Positions 41,420-56,451 of a DNA stretch of 64,000 bases are shown piece after piece. Position 1 is the stretch's first letter; the number at the start of each line of letters is the position of its first letter. The position numbers were made by a program, and so were the translations under genes. Under the pieces are notes generated by a model. That model was not told the DNA's origin. It was given only the letters and a program-made list of their open reading frames with translations, and made no database searches. Source of the DNA: Octopus vulgaris (lineage: Eukaryota); NCBI GenBank assembly GCA_951406725.2, contig OX597823.1:106454001-106518000 (forward strand). The letters run 5' to 3'.

Positions 41420-41815
41420 GAGGGAGATGTGACGATGGCCTTCACAGGTCCTCCGAGACTGATGAACTCCAGGTCATTGACATCCTTCTTGTACAGGCCC
41501 AAGAAAGATGTCATGCACAGGAAAGGGATACCCCAGAAGTAATACACTTGGGGAAAAAGGACTGGACGTATGATTATTGTGCAAACCATGACTTAAGTAA
41601 ACATAAAGCAGGTGGTGAGATGGAGAAGGGTGAATGAGCCAGGCAGGCGTGAGTTAAGATTGCAGAGTATCAGACGGCTTCATGGGGAGGTCACCATTGT
41701 AGTAGCGACAGAGAATGAAGGAGGAAGTAGTATGTGTAACCCACAGAGAGTATTGAAAACAGCAGCACGAAGCAGGCATGTTATCCTCTTCAGTCTACGA
41801 AAGAGCATGCGATGA
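41420..41815 (-). pseudogene. Decayed CR1/Jockey-like LINE ORF2 C-terminus
   Basis: Frameshifted minus-strand pieces ILCRYYNG, QSFFPK and LGLYKKDVNDL match the order LFYRYYxG...SFFP...LxxFKxxVN of these LINE C-termini. Confidence 0.5.
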
Positions 41816-42094
41816 ACCAACACTTCCAAGAAGATAATTATTTCACATCTACTTCAGGCTATGGAGATCATAGAACTGAGGCTTCCTTACGGTTTCTTTT
41901 TACAAAACGAGCCATTAGAAATAGTAAAAATTTACAAAGTGATTAATGACGATTTCTAACATGAACCGTTTCGCTATATTTGGTATTAAATATAGACCAT
42001 AAGACATACGCTATTACTTCACTGATTATAGGACATTAATGTTATTAATGGTGATCTTCACATTTCTAAGTTAACATCTGCGAGAATGATATCA

Positions 42095-42297
42095 ATTGGG
42101 AAGGAATTCTACAGGAAATTCTTTCGTAAAGGAAGGCCTGGCCATAGGGTAATGATGCAAGACCTGAAGGATATTGTAAAACAAGTGTGATACAAAGTGG
42201 AGAGAATAGCAAAATGGGAATTTGGGAGCGGAGAAACAGCAGAACCCTGCCAGCTTTAAGGTGCACAGGCCATTTTGTAGCAGTAAAAAAAAAAAAG
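42095..42297 (+). pseudogene. Decayed RTE-like LINE 3' end with an A-rich tail
   Basis: RKGRPGHRVMMQDLKDIVK..YKVERIAK..EPCQL* followed by an A run. Confidence 0.45.
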
Positions 42298-42609
42298 GCG
42301 AAGAAAAGAGATAACTCTTTTGCGGACCACAGGGTGAGGCATGTTTGTGAGTGACTTTATGCATACCAATTAGGTCAGCTGAATTGACCTCTTCTGGGGG
42401 TATGAGAGTGACCTTCACATGTACTTCGTATAGCATTAAATACGTACATATACATACTCTTCCCTTACCTTTCTTGGAACCCTTCTATTACATACATTCA
42501 TATCTGTGTAATATCAATGTTCTACAGGAAATAAGGCAAAAGTAGATATGGCATTTTCATCAACAGATATAGATCGTTTGTAGAGCATTTTTTTTCTTTT
42601 TTCAAAGAT

Positions 42610-43450
42610 TCTACACAACGTAGTTTCCATCACAAGCGATGGATTTCCGCCATTGTTGAACCGAATCCACTTTGCAAAGATTCAGGCTTACATTTTTGTA
42701 CGTACTTTTCACTGTCAATATCAAGATGTCAGTGTTATTAAATCATTATTTTGGAAAACTGTCCTACATTGGACTGAGCGGCTAGAACTGGGCGAGCACC
42801 AGATCCGGGATGTTCGAGCACTGACCACCCAGCTTACCGATTGCTTGATTACCTACCAAACATGGCTGCACATTGTAACGATAAATATAGATAGTCTTCA
42901 GAGTCTTGTTCCGTCTTTATCGCCTAACGTTTTAGCTTGTTGTTTTTTTACTTATTTATTTATTTTTTTTAGCATTTTGAGTGTCTCAATGTGCTGTTTG
43001 CTGGCCCTATTACTGCAACGTTACAGAAAATCTAGGAGAATAAAACCCTTGATATCCCCCAAACTGCCACCATAACGTTCTGAATCTATCGCTGATTCAT
43101 AAATATCTCAGGCCTTGGAGGAGACGTCTCATGTCGTTTCATGGAATGAGACTTCGTTTTCAGAACATAAAGACACGGATACTATTACTCTTCGTCATTT
43201 GAGCGAGAAAAACGTCTTCGTCAGTTTCAAGCACTTCAAGCACATTTTCTGCTACTAAAAGGCTTCTACCAACTTCTACAATACATTGCAACCGCATTTA
43301 TTGTGCAGGAAGAACTCGGATTGTGACACGTCTGTGCGTGCAAGTCAATGGTCCCCACGGCATGGTTTGTCTTCAATGCTAGTTTCCCTATCTTTAAACA
43401 TCTTTGTCCATCTGTAAACATTAGTCTTGTGAATAGTGTCACATCCATAA
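42610..43450 (-). pseudogene. Highly decayed mariner transposase, copy 3
   Basis: Minus strand GCDTIHKTNVYRWTKMFKDRETSIEDKP (HTH), EDVFLAQ.DE, WSVLEHP..PDL, VQQWRKSIACDGNYV* in the correct order. Confidence 0.75.
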
Positions 43451-43994
43451 ACTATCCGTGTGTGTGCGTTTGATCCCCATCACCGCTTGACAACCAGTGT
43501 TGGTGTATTTACGTCACCTTAACCTAGCAGTTCGACAAAAGAGACAGATAGAATTAGTACTAGGCATAAAAAAGACGGTTCTTCAACATGATCTCAGTGG
43601 AATGACTGAAACAAGTAAAAGAATAAAAGAATACATATAGATAAAGACAAAATGTAGGAGTGATATATGCAGATGTATCCATGTTTTCACGTTTATATAT
43701 ATAGCGATATATATTAATCAAAGGACATACTAAGTATGTCTACCTGCTAGAAATAACAGTCAAAACTGTTAATAAATCGCCCAAAAATACACTGATGAAA
43801 CTACAGAAATCAAACGAAGGTAAAATCAGGTTAAGAACATCTACTAACATACATTTAAGTATTTGGACTCACGCGGACCGGTTTCTGCATTGGTAAAATA
43901 AAACCTTAGCTTCTTCAGCACATGCTACCATTAATAGATAATTGATAATGGATTACCATGGATAATAATAGAATTAATGACACCTTCGTAAATT

Positions 43995-44067
<73 letters not shown>

Positions 44068-45294
44068 GGGAATAAATCCAAACTTACAGGGAAAAATTAG
44101 ATTTAGGATTAAATTTGCGTAATAGTGGTTTTATCTCTAATTTAATATAATATATATATATATACGTACATCTTCCTCCACTTCTTTCGAACATACAGCA
44201 GCTCTATCGAGTGGCATATAGCAACTAAAGGAAAACCCACCAACCAGTAAACTCCAATAATATAGTTTAGCCCACAGAAACAAATACATTCAACGATAAA
44301 TTCACTGAAACCCCAGTAGTGAGGCAAAATACAAAATATTAACCTGAACAACAGCCATTATTAACAGGAAATCCTAATTAATATTCAAATGTCAGGATGA
44401 GAAGAAATTTAAAATTTTTAATTATAACAAAACACTACAAGCTGATTATTGCCCAGATCTACTTCGCTACCCCGCTAGAAATTTACAAACTTAGAAACCG
44501 GATACAGTCAACCGGAAGCCCGACGCAATTCTTGTAGTCTAGTGTCATCTGAACGTAGTGGAGCTCTCAAAAATAACCATCGTCGTTTGAGTATTGCCTC
44601 CAGGCATGAAACTCAGACTAATAAGATGAGATGAGATGTAGTCTGAGCTAATATACATAAAAACATTTAATGTGCTTAAAGTGTTGAGTTGTTTCAATTT
44701 ATCCGTGAAATTATTTTGTTAGTATAGGCACAAACAACTGCATCCCAATGTCTGTATATATCTATATATATATGTATGTTTGTAAATAGATATATATGCG
44801 TTTGTGTATGTGTGTGCATATGTGTATGTATATATATATATGTGTGTGTGTATGTGTATACGTATGTACATGCGCACAGGAATGGCTATGTTTGTGCGTC
44901 TGTGTGGGGGTGTAGTTATATCAATATGTATAAGCATATATGTCTCATATTTATGTAAATGTATTTATATATCATGTGTGTGTACGTGGTGTTTCAATGT
45001 ATATATGTGGATATACATACTCACGTGTGTGCACGCATACTCACACGCAAAAAGCCACACACTCACAGCTACATATACATACACATATCCATATGCACCT
45101 CTCTATGTATGACACTAAACATGAATCCGCTACGTAAGAATAATCACTTCATATAATAAAATCAACACAGAGAATGTATGTATTAATTTATTTTTTATAA
45201 AATATAAGTTAATGATGAATAAATTCTAAACAATTGGAAGATATCCGTGAAATTGTAATCTCGTAAATATATAATATATAAACACACATATCTC

Positions 45295-45385
<91 letters not shown>

Positions 45386-45389
45386 ATAA

Positions 45390-45452
<63 letters not shown>

Positions 45453-46177
45453 TATATATGTGTGTATATATACATCTGTATAGATATGTGTATCTCTCTA
45501 TCTTTCTATACACACAAATATATATATTTCTGTATATATTTGGAGTGCGTAATAAAAAGTCTGGTAGTTTTTATAGCTTTTACATATGTAATAGAATGTC
45601 TTGCAAAATAAGGAAATAATGTTCATATAATAATGTATTATGAAATTAATTCGCCTCCACAAGCCATCTTACATATTTTATTGCATTGATACTATCTCTC
45701 TCTCGTCCCCACTCATTTGTCTTTCACCGTGTCTGTGTGTATAGGTTGTTAGGAATGGGTACATAAATGTGTGTATTGGTGTGTGTGTGTGTGTGTGTGA
45801 GTCAATGCGAATACATATTGGTGTGGGTATGCATGTGCGTGTGTGTGTGTGTATAAACATATATATTAACATACACACACACATAAAATATATATATATA
45901 TATATATATACATACATATAGGTGTGGGTGTATATGCGCGTATATACCTATATGTATGCATGCGTGTACATGTGTGTGCGCGCTTGTGTGCGTGTGTTTT
46001 GTACTGGAAATGGAATTTCAAGTGTCATTATGTAGAAAACTTATGGGAATTTGGACGGTTACATATATTGCGAAACAAAGGGAGTCAAAGGTATATGTTG
46101 ATGCCTATCTATCTATCTATCTATCTGCCTATCTGTCTGTCTGTCTGTCTCTGTCTGTCTCTGTCTGTCTGTCTGTC

Positions 46178-46246
<69 letters not shown>

Positions 46247-46309
46247 TCGCCATGATAGATCGCTAGCCACTAAACCTTTTTTCTGTTTTCTCTCCCTCTT
46301 TCTGTGTTC

Positions 46310-46345
46310 CTTTCTGTCGAAGAGAGTAGGCTCGAAACGTTAAAG
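46310..46345 (+). ncRNA. Second copy of the minimal A6->U hammerhead-like motif, in the repeat at ~46245-46440
   Basis: CTTT-CTGTCGA-A-GAGAGTAGGCTC-GAAAC-GTT-AAAG; flanks are homologous to 34100-34290. Confidence 0.6.
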
Positions 46346-46443
46346 ACTTTTTCAATTCCCGAGCGTTAAACTAATACATCTGTTTGCTGTTTACACACCC
46401 GTCTTCGTCTTTTACTTCTTTTTTTGTAAATTCTCACAATACA

Positions 46444-46517
<74 letters not shown>

Positions 46518-46534
46518 TATATATATATTTTATT

Positions 46535-46980
46535 TATTTTTTATCCTTTTACTTATTTCAGTCATCTGACTGCAACCATGAAGGAGTACCACCTTTAGTG
46601 GAACAAATCGACCCCAGGACTTATTCTTTGTAAGCCTAGTAATTATTCTATTGATTTCCTTATCAGAACCACTAAGTTGCGGGTACATAAACACACCAAC
46701 ACCGGTTGTCAAACGAAGGTAGTGGGGAACAAATACAGACACATACATACATACATGCATACATACATACATACATACATACATACATACATACATACAT
46801 ACATACATACATACATACATACATACGACAGGCTTCTTTCAGTTTCTGTCTACCAAATCCAGTCACACGGCATTAGACGGACCGAGGTTATAGTAGACGA
46901 CACCTGCCCAAGGTGCCACGCAGTGGGACTGAACCCGGGATCATGTGGTTGGAGAGCAAGCTTCTTACTACACAGCTACT
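46535..46980 (-). mobile_element. SINE family B, full length with an expanded internal (TACA)n
   Basis: Collinear with 29734-30151. Confidence 0.88.
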
Positions 46981-47022
46981 CATATATATATATTTATATA
47001 TAGATACATACATACTTACGCA

Positions 47023-47111
<89 letters not shown>

Positions 47112-47863
47112 ATTTGTATATAATATATAAGATAAATATTTACATATATGTGTATACAATATACATGTAGCACAAATGGGCTGAGGTTCACTGCAGCTGT
47201 TTCAGTCGTGATTCTTATTGATGAACAAATCAATTACATCATGTAAAGATACCGTTTTCGTCATGTGAATTAAAATTGAAAAATTTAACACTTAGGATAT
47301 TTCGCACAAAGAGTATAGAATTGACCCTCACACCTAACTGCTAGTTTAGAACGTCAGTATGAACAATATGAATTATTCATCAATTAAGCACACATCTAAA
47401 ACAGCTGTAGTGAACGTCAATCTAATTTTGTTATTATTTATACAACACTACACCCGGAAATTTCGATGTGTTGAACTGTGCGCCCGCAGTGGACCGTGGA
47501 CTGCATACCGGGGTATGCTCTTGTGTGATATTACGTATACGTTGAGTGTATTTGGTCTGTATTTGTGGATGCATGCATAACTGGAAATACAAAACCGTAT
47601 ATACTGTAGAAAGTACGTGAGTGTCCGTACACATTGTTGATACATATGTATGCTACCCTTGACTCCCCCTTGTTGTCCTCATTATTGAAACACCTCGTTT
47701 CTATTGGATCTTGCAAATAGTTATATGTATGTGTGTGTTTGTGTGTGTGTGTGTATGCATGTATGTATTTATGTATGTATGTATGTACGAAAGTATTGTG
47801 TACAGTTTGTGGAAAAACTACTTGATATAGTCACAGTATTTGAACGAAATATATCAACCGTTA

Positions 47864-48117
47864 GGCGCAGGCGTGGCCGTGTGGTAAGGAGCTTGCTTCT
47901 TAATGGATTTGGTAGACGGAAACTGAAAGTACGTGTATATGTTTGTGCTTGACAACCGATGTTGTTGTGTTTACATCCCGCAACGTGGCGATTCAGCAAA
48001 AGAGACCGATAGAATAAGTACGAGGCTTACAAAGAATAAGACCTGGCATTGATTTGTTCAACTGAAGGCGGTGTTCCAGCATGGCCGCACTCAAAAGACT
48101 GAATCATGTAAAAGAGT
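47864..48117 (+). mobile_element. SINE family B, internally deleted
   Basis: GGCGCAGGCGTGGCCGTGTGGTAAG head joined directly to GGATTTGGTAGACGGAAACTGAAAG. Confidence 0.8.
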
Positions 48118-48246
48118 TATTAACAATTTAGAATATAGAGAGCAGCATGAACCGTTGGGAATTAAATTTTATTTGAGTGCGTAAATGCTTTCGTTGTTAA
48201 ATTTTTCAAACATACGTTTTATATTCTTGACATCATCAGTTTAGAG

Positions 48247-48578
48247 CAGGGTTTCTCAACTGGAGTTCATATGGCCCCTGAGGGTCCGTATAAGAATTTT
48301 GGGTGTCCACGCATCAAAATAGTAAATTGGGGACCCACAACAGTATTTGAAGAGCCACTGAAAAACCTTGCTGTATGTATTGCAAAACGCAGCTAGGTTT
48401 CTTTCTCTAACACTTTAGATAGTTCGTCCTGCAGAAGTTAATGTGTGAAAAACAAAATAAGAATTTCAAAGAAGAATTCATAAAGCCACGTTTTAAATAT
48501 CGAATGGCTATGGGGATCCACCATAATAAAATACTAACCAAAGGGATCCACAGATTAAAGAAAGGATGAAAGCTCCTG
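48247..48578. mobile_element. hAT (Charlie-like) MITE
   Basis: Starts CAGGGTTTCTCAAC and ends GATGAAAGCTCCTG (decayed TIR); 8-bp flanks GTTTAGAG / GGCTAGAG resemble the Charlie NTCTAGAN target duplication. Confidence 0.65.
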
Positions 48579-49242
48579 GGCTAGAGTGTGATATGTTTAG
48601 ATGCGATGGTCACTCATGAAGGTTCTTTGATCATGGCTCAATTGTCAGAGTTGACCGGTGCATGAACAGGGACTCAGTTATTGTTGTAATCGTTGGAGAT
48701 GCTGTTGTTGTTTTGTGATGGTGGTGGTTTTGGTAGCAGTGTTAGTAGTTGTTATTGAGGAAGGACGGGAGAGTGCTGTAATGAATGACACACCAGACCA
48801 CTAACACCAGCACCACCACCACCACGACCGCCACCACCACCATAATGAAGGCTAGCAACATCACTATGACGGCAATGATCAAAACCACCACCAAAACCAC
48901 TGCTGCCTACACTCCCACAACTACCCTAGCACTATTCTCACCAGCAATATTAACACAATTACAATCACGACCAGTATTATCACAAGCACCACCACAAGGG
49001 AGAGGAAGAAAAAACAAAAATACACAGAAAAACTACCCCACAACTCACTGCACACTTTTACCGCTACTACCATTAACGCTTTACATACAGATAAATTTAC
49101 ATATATACATATACATATATAGGTATATATTCTACATAAAGATGCATGCATGTATAATTATGCATGCTCTTATATATACATGTATGAATGTATATATCTA
49201 TATTTATATCTATATCTATCTATCTATCTATCTATCTATATA

Positions 49243-49282
<40 letters not shown>

Positions 49283-49679
49283 CACACATACACACACTTA
49301 TATATTTACATGTCTTTATATGTATATGTGTGTGTGTGTGTGTGCGTGTATATGTAGACACAAGCAGTGTAACAGCAATTATATCGTAAACGCCTCACAG
49401 CTAGAGTCAAACCTGTGTATAGTTCATTAAGTTTTAATCATAGTATTGCTGTTTTATAATGGTCTCTGAACTTTCAAACATAATTGTCTTGAGGGGTGGT
49501 CGGGAACGGAGTGGAACTGGTGGTGGTTGCAAGGAGAACGAACAAGGAGAATATGTGTGTGTGTGTGTGTATGTTTGTATGTATGTATGTATGTATGTAT
49601 GTATGTATGTATGTGTGTGTGTGTGCCTGTGTGTCTGTGTGCGTACGCGCACGCATAGGTCTGAGCTGATAGACACTGA

Positions 49680-49680
49680 C

Positions 49681-49750
<70 letters not shown>

Positions 49751-49806
49751 TAATAATATAATAACAATAATAATAACAACAACAACAACAATGATAATAA
49801 TATAAC

Positions 49807-49863
<57 letters not shown>

Positions 49864-49948
49864 AATAACAATAGTAATAATAATAATAATAATAATAGTA
49901 ATAATAATAATAATAATAACAATAATAACAATAATAATAGTAATAATA

Positions 49949-50020
<72 letters not shown>

Positions 50021-50031
50021 CAACAATAATA

Positions 50032-50112
<81 letters not shown>

Positions 50113-50130
50113 TCAACAACAACAGTTATG

Positions 50131-50195
<65 letters not shown>
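49680..50195. repeat. Long (AAT)n microsatellite, ~510 bp
   Basis: Direct inspection. Confidence 0.95.
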
Positions 50196-50526
50196 GTGAA
50201 AGAATATATGCTTCATGTGTCTTAAGAAATATGTAATGATTTGTTCCTGAAACTCTGTCTCTACACTAAGTAACCGCAGATCGAAGAAGAAGGAGACTTT
50301 ACATGGTTCTTAACATCCTCGAAAAAGCGACCAAACCTTCGCAAATTATGTATTATATTCATTTATTTTTGCTTCAAATAAAAGCAGGGTATCAATGGAC
50401 AGTGTAATCACTAAAATATAAAATGAGTAAGACGCTCACGGCTCCAACATATTCCATAAAAGGATGCGCCGTTAAAGGCTGACTACGGCTCAACAACAAC
50501 AATAACTGTAGTGATTAACCAACCAG

Positions 50527-50950
50527 ACGTGGCTGAGTGGTAAAAGAATTGCTTCCTAACCACATGGCTCCGTGTTCAGTCCCACTGCGTGGCACCTTGG
50601 GCAAGGATCTTTTGCTAAAGTCTCGGACCAACAAAAGCTTTGTGAGTGGATTTGATTTACTGAAACTGAAAGAAGCCCGTCGTACACACATACATACACA
50701 CACACACACACACACAAACACACACATATATATATGTATGTATATATGTGTGTGTGTGTGTGTGTGTGTCGTATGCCTTTGATCTGTGTCTCCCCTCCCT
50801 CGCTTGACAACCAGGATTGGTGTGTTTCTGTCTCCCTAAACATGCGGTTCGGCAAAAAGATCGATTGAATAAGTACAAAGCTTAAAGAATAGATTAAAGT
50901 GGCGGTGCTCCAGCATGGTCTCAGTCTCATGACTGAAACAATCAAAAGAT
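50527..50950 (+). mobile_element. SINE family B, diverged
   Basis: GTGGCTGAGTGGTAAAAG...GTTCAGTCCCACTGCGTGGCACCTTGGGCAAG...GACTGAAACAATC. Confidence 0.85.
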
Positions 50951-51659
50951 GAAAGTTAAAAGGTGTCTGAGTAAGGTCAGTGGACAAGCTAGAAATAGCA
51001 ATGAAACATGTCCTAAACAAAGATTACCGTGTTAAACAAAGATTACCGCTACAGGACTGAACGACATGCTAGAAATAAAAGCCAAATCCCCTACGACACA
51101 TGCCAAACTCTGATATCTTAAAAAAGAGAAAAGAAGAGAGATGCTAGATACTATAAAAGACAGCCACTAAAGGAGGGGTTAGTCATATCTAGAATGTCAT
51201 TGGTCATAACTGTAAGATAAGACATGACCTGTGGAGGCGTATTTCATAAAATATACAGAGACAAGTTGGCCATAACCGGAACGCTTTTGTCCGATCCGGT
51301 CTGAGCCGAAGGTAAGTAACACCGACAGCAGCAGCAGCCGCAGCTGCAACCACTGCAGCAGCGACATCTACATGAAACAACAACTAAACCCCGCAAAAAC
51401 AACAATAGCAAAAACAACAAATAAGTTTCCAATTGACTTCAGTCCCATTGATCTAGTTTTACTCAGCAAATCTACTAGCTCTCCATTCATTCACCATATA
51501 CGGGTGAGTGTGTGTGTGTGTGTATACATATACATATATATGTTTGTATGTGTGCGTGTGTATGTATATATGTATGCATATTTGTATATGCGTACATACA
51601 TATGCATATACAAGCATATATAATCATATAAACATATCTATATATATGCGTATGTATGC

Positions 51660-51731
<72 letters not shown>

Positions 51732-51873
51732 ATTTGTATATAAATATATGTGTATGAATATATATATATATATATACACACGCATACACAAATACACAAA
51801 CACTCACACACACACTCATATATATTTGTAGACATACATGCATATATGCTTCCACTCACACACATGCTTGTGA

Positions 51874-51910
<37 letters not shown>

Positions 51911-52392
51911 TCATCTACCCACCAGTGCTACCCGCTCGCTAGTCGGGGCTGCTACCACTTCTAACAAAGGGTTGTAACCTAATTAGACATAAAGAGGGTA
52001 GGAGGTGCGGTGGGTAGCGACGAAGAATGTTCCAGAGAATTTACAGATTGTGTGTGCGCGCATTTTCCTATGTGTATGTGTGTGTGTTATGCGTGCGTGC
52101 TTGCGTATGTGCATTTTGTTGTGTATGTATGGATGTGTGTATGATTGAGAATCTTTTGCACTTTGCGAGTATGAGTTGTATATGTATGAGTAAGAATACG
52201 CACACACACACACACACACATGCACACATATGCACAGCCACACACAGACACATACATATATGTGTATGTGCTTGTATGTGTATACGTATACATATGTGGA
52301 AGTGTGGGTGTATACTTGGTCTGCATAGTGTAGCACTGTGTCTGTTGTCGGAGATGTGGACAGGAGGAAGATAGATAGATAGATAGATAGAA

Positions 52393-52445
<53 letters not shown>

Positions 52446-52710
52446 GGGGGTTGGATGAGATTGAATAACAAACGGAAACAAGGAGCAGCAGAAACAGAAA
52501 GTAAAACGGGAAAAGAAAAAAGAAATTCCAAAGAAAGGAAAATAAAATCTCTGCTGAAAAGTCCCTAAGGGAAGAAAATAGACTAAACTGATCTCGAAGA
52601 CAGGGACTGGTTTTTTTTTCTTTTTTTATTTTCACTTCATTTTCTCATTATCTCATATGTGGATGTGTGTGTGCTGTGTGTGAGTGTGTGTCGATGTTAG
52701 TGTATGTGTG

Positions 52711-52742
<32 letters not shown>

Positions 52743-52936
52743 GATAGATAGATAGATTGATAGTTATAGGTGTACATAAATATATGGATACCATACTTAT
52801 ATATATATATATGTGTATGTGTGTATGTGTGTGTGTGTGTGTGTGTATACATTGAGAAAATTTTTAAATGCATAGCTGCAGACATAAATATAAATGACAA
52901 TTTATGTACATTTATATATACACACATACATACATA

Positions 52937-52967
<31 letters not shown>

Positions 52968-53102
52968 GCATATATATATGCGTGTATAAATACATTTACT
53001 TATATATATATGCATATGTGTGTGTGCACGCGAGTGTGTGTTTGTGTATGTAAATGTATATATGCATGCATATACACATTTACATATGTATATGTATATA
53101 TG

Positions 53103-53139
<37 letters not shown>

Positions 53140-53949
53140 ATGTATGTATGTATATATACATATATATATAGATTTGAATGCATGTAATGGGAAGTAGTTA
53201 TTTTTTGTTTTACATTTTGCATCTCGTTCATTTGCAGCCTTTTTGCCCTATTTACCGTATACATACGTCATAAATATATATAAAGGAAGCATGTATGTAT
53301 GCATGTGTGCGCGAGTATGTTTTTTGTGTGTGCGTGTGAGTATGTGTGTGCACTGGTGTGCGTTTATGCATATAGTGTGTGTGTGTCTATGTATATGCAT
53401 ATAGTGGAAAGTATTCAGTGATTCATGGCATCGTCCCTGAGAGCTTGATACATGCATGCAAGTCATATATACTTGTGATTTATCTCACAATATTATGAAC
53501 AATATTGTCTGATAGATATACCTTGTGGGGGTCGTGTAAAACTCTGAGTAACGCTCGAGTGAATCACAAGATATATAAAAAAATTCACAAATTCTACTCC
53601 ATGTATTCACCGCTCGCTTCTATTGTTTGCAGATATAAATTTATACATATTTAAGAGTGTATCAGACAGGCAATCCTATAGAAAGGAGGAAATGTAAATT
53701 AAAGTCAAACAAAATAAAGCGAAAAACACTTAACACTTTTGCTTTGTAATTCAATATTTTGGTCTTAAGACACCTTTGTCATGAGAAAATAGAAGTTTAT
53801 GAGCCAGACATACATATCTCACTAGAATTCAGATGATATACAGGTGTATGTATGCACGTATGCATGGATATATATATATATGTGTGTGCGTGTGTGTGAG
53901 GGTGTGTGCATACATACATATATATATGTGTGTGTGTGTGTGTATGTAT

Positions 53950-53998
<49 letters not shown>

Positions 53999-54320
53999 TA
54001 CATACATGTATGTATGTTTTATATGTGTTTAAAGTACGTAAAGTTAGCGAAATTATCATTTGTACTAATAACATAATTTTAGATCGTGATGGTTGGTGTA
54101 GTGGTTAGGAAATGAATGACGTTGGCAAAACGCTTTTAGCATAAATCGAAATTTGCATATAAACTGGAGAAACAAATCAAAGTTCTACTTAACTGAGGAT
54201 TCTCAAGAAGAAGAAAGTGGAAATTTCAAGAAATTTAGAATTTATTTCAAACGAAATATAATTTTCAAATTTAGTGAGAGTGTTTATATATATGTGTGTG
54301 TGTGTGTGTATACATAGACA

Positions 54321-54431
<111 letters not shown>

Positions 54432-55124
54432 GTGCACGTCTGAGAGTATGGACGAATGAACATCGATATTTACATATATATATATACATACATTTATATA
54501 TATATATATTTATATACATATACATACATATATACATATATATGTATACATAGATACATATCTATATGCATACATACGTACATATATATATATATATATT
54601 GTCTTCCTCTGTTTTTTTATAAATTTCAACTATACATACACATATATATATTCATGTAGATATGCCTATACATATATGTACACACATACATACTGATATA
54701 TATATATATATATACATGCACATACAATATACATGCGCACATGCATATATATGTATATATGTGTGTGTATATGTGTGTATGTGTGTATATCTATGTATGC
54801 ATGTTAGTATTATCTTTGTATGTATGTGTGTATGTGTGTGTTTTATGTATGTATGGATTCTATTATGTGTGATTTTGAAATAGCCGTCAACGTGTGCATG
54901 ATTTTTATTCTTATTTCTGTCACCTATGACTAATTCCTCTTAATCTCTATACTCTTTATCTGCCATGTCTTTTCGCAAATCTGTCCTTCTCTTGCAAATG
55001 TCTGTATATATTACATAATGCATGCGCACATATATATATATATATACATACACACACATGCATTCATACATATATACATAGATACATATATATTCATATA
55101 CATATATCCATAAACACCTAATCA

Positions 55125-55176
<52 letters not shown>

Positions 55177-55567
55177 TGTATATGTCTTTGTACGTGTCTA
55201 TGTCTATGTGTGTGAATGTGTGCGAAATTTTGAAGTGTTTCTATTCAATCAATTTAAGCAATTAGAGTTCCCTGCAACGTCTACGACAGCTGTATTCCCA
55301 TATTGATATAAATACTTCAGATCATTCTCCGAACGACCTACAATAGCCCATGTCTCCAATGGTTATACAAGTCTATGACACATATTCCTTCACACAGAAG
55401 CACATACAGACACACACACACACTCACACACACACATATACGAACACACAAACAAGCATACTCATTTCAATATATATTGTATATATAGATGTGTAAATGT
55501 GTGAATGCATACATATAGATGTGAATATGTATTATATATATAAATTTATCAATATATAAAAACACAC

Positions 55568-55640
<73 letters not shown>

Positions 55641-55955
55641 CACCACATATATCTTACAGCCGTTCGTGATGTGCTGCAAATCAGGTCATCGTGATCTCCA
55701 GCGACCTTTCTCTCAACAGAATGTAGCCAATTCTGAGAGGGGAAGGAGTGAAACAGGCAGACAGACGGACAGACAATCGACCATATTACTTGACTGGTAG
55801 CTTATCCACCCACAAACGATGATTTGCATAGTTGAGCTTGGAAGGTTTTCAACTGAGAACACAGAGAGCAGGAAAATGTTTAGCTCATCAAATTTCTCAT
55901 GTCTGTCATTCAGTGTTTTTTTACCGCTGCCTGTCTGTCTGTCTGCCTGTCTGTG

Positions 55956-55995
<40 letters not shown>

Positions 55996-56013
55996 TCTCT
56001 CTCTTTGCATATA

Positions 56014-56045
<32 letters not shown>

Positions 56046-56047
<2 letters not shown>

Positions 56048-56451
56048 TCTCTTTTACTCTCATTTATTTGTTTCAGTCATTTGACTGTGGCCATGCTGGA
56101 GCACCGCCTTTTAGTCGAGCAAATCAAACCCAGGAATAATTCTTTGTAAACCTAGTACTTATTCTATCGGCCCCTTTTGCCGATCCGCTAAGTTACAGGG
56201 ACGTAAACACACCACCATCAGTTGTCGAGCGATGTTGAGGGAACAAACACAGACACAAATACATGCATAAAAAAATATATATATACATATATACGACGGG
56301 CTTCTTTCAGTTTCCGTCTACCAAATCCACTCACAAGGCTTTGGTCGGCCCGAGGCTATAGCAGAAGACACTTGCCCAAGGTGCCACGCAGTGGGACTGA
56401 ACCCGGAACCATGTGGTTGGTAAGCAAGCTACTTACCACACAGCCACTCCT
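56046..56451 (-). mobile_element. SINE family B, full length
   Basis: Collinear with 29734-30151. Confidence 0.9.

Noticed and set aside
42653-43075. 140-aa plus-strand ORF
   Set aside because: It is antisense to the decayed mariner transposase on the minus strand.
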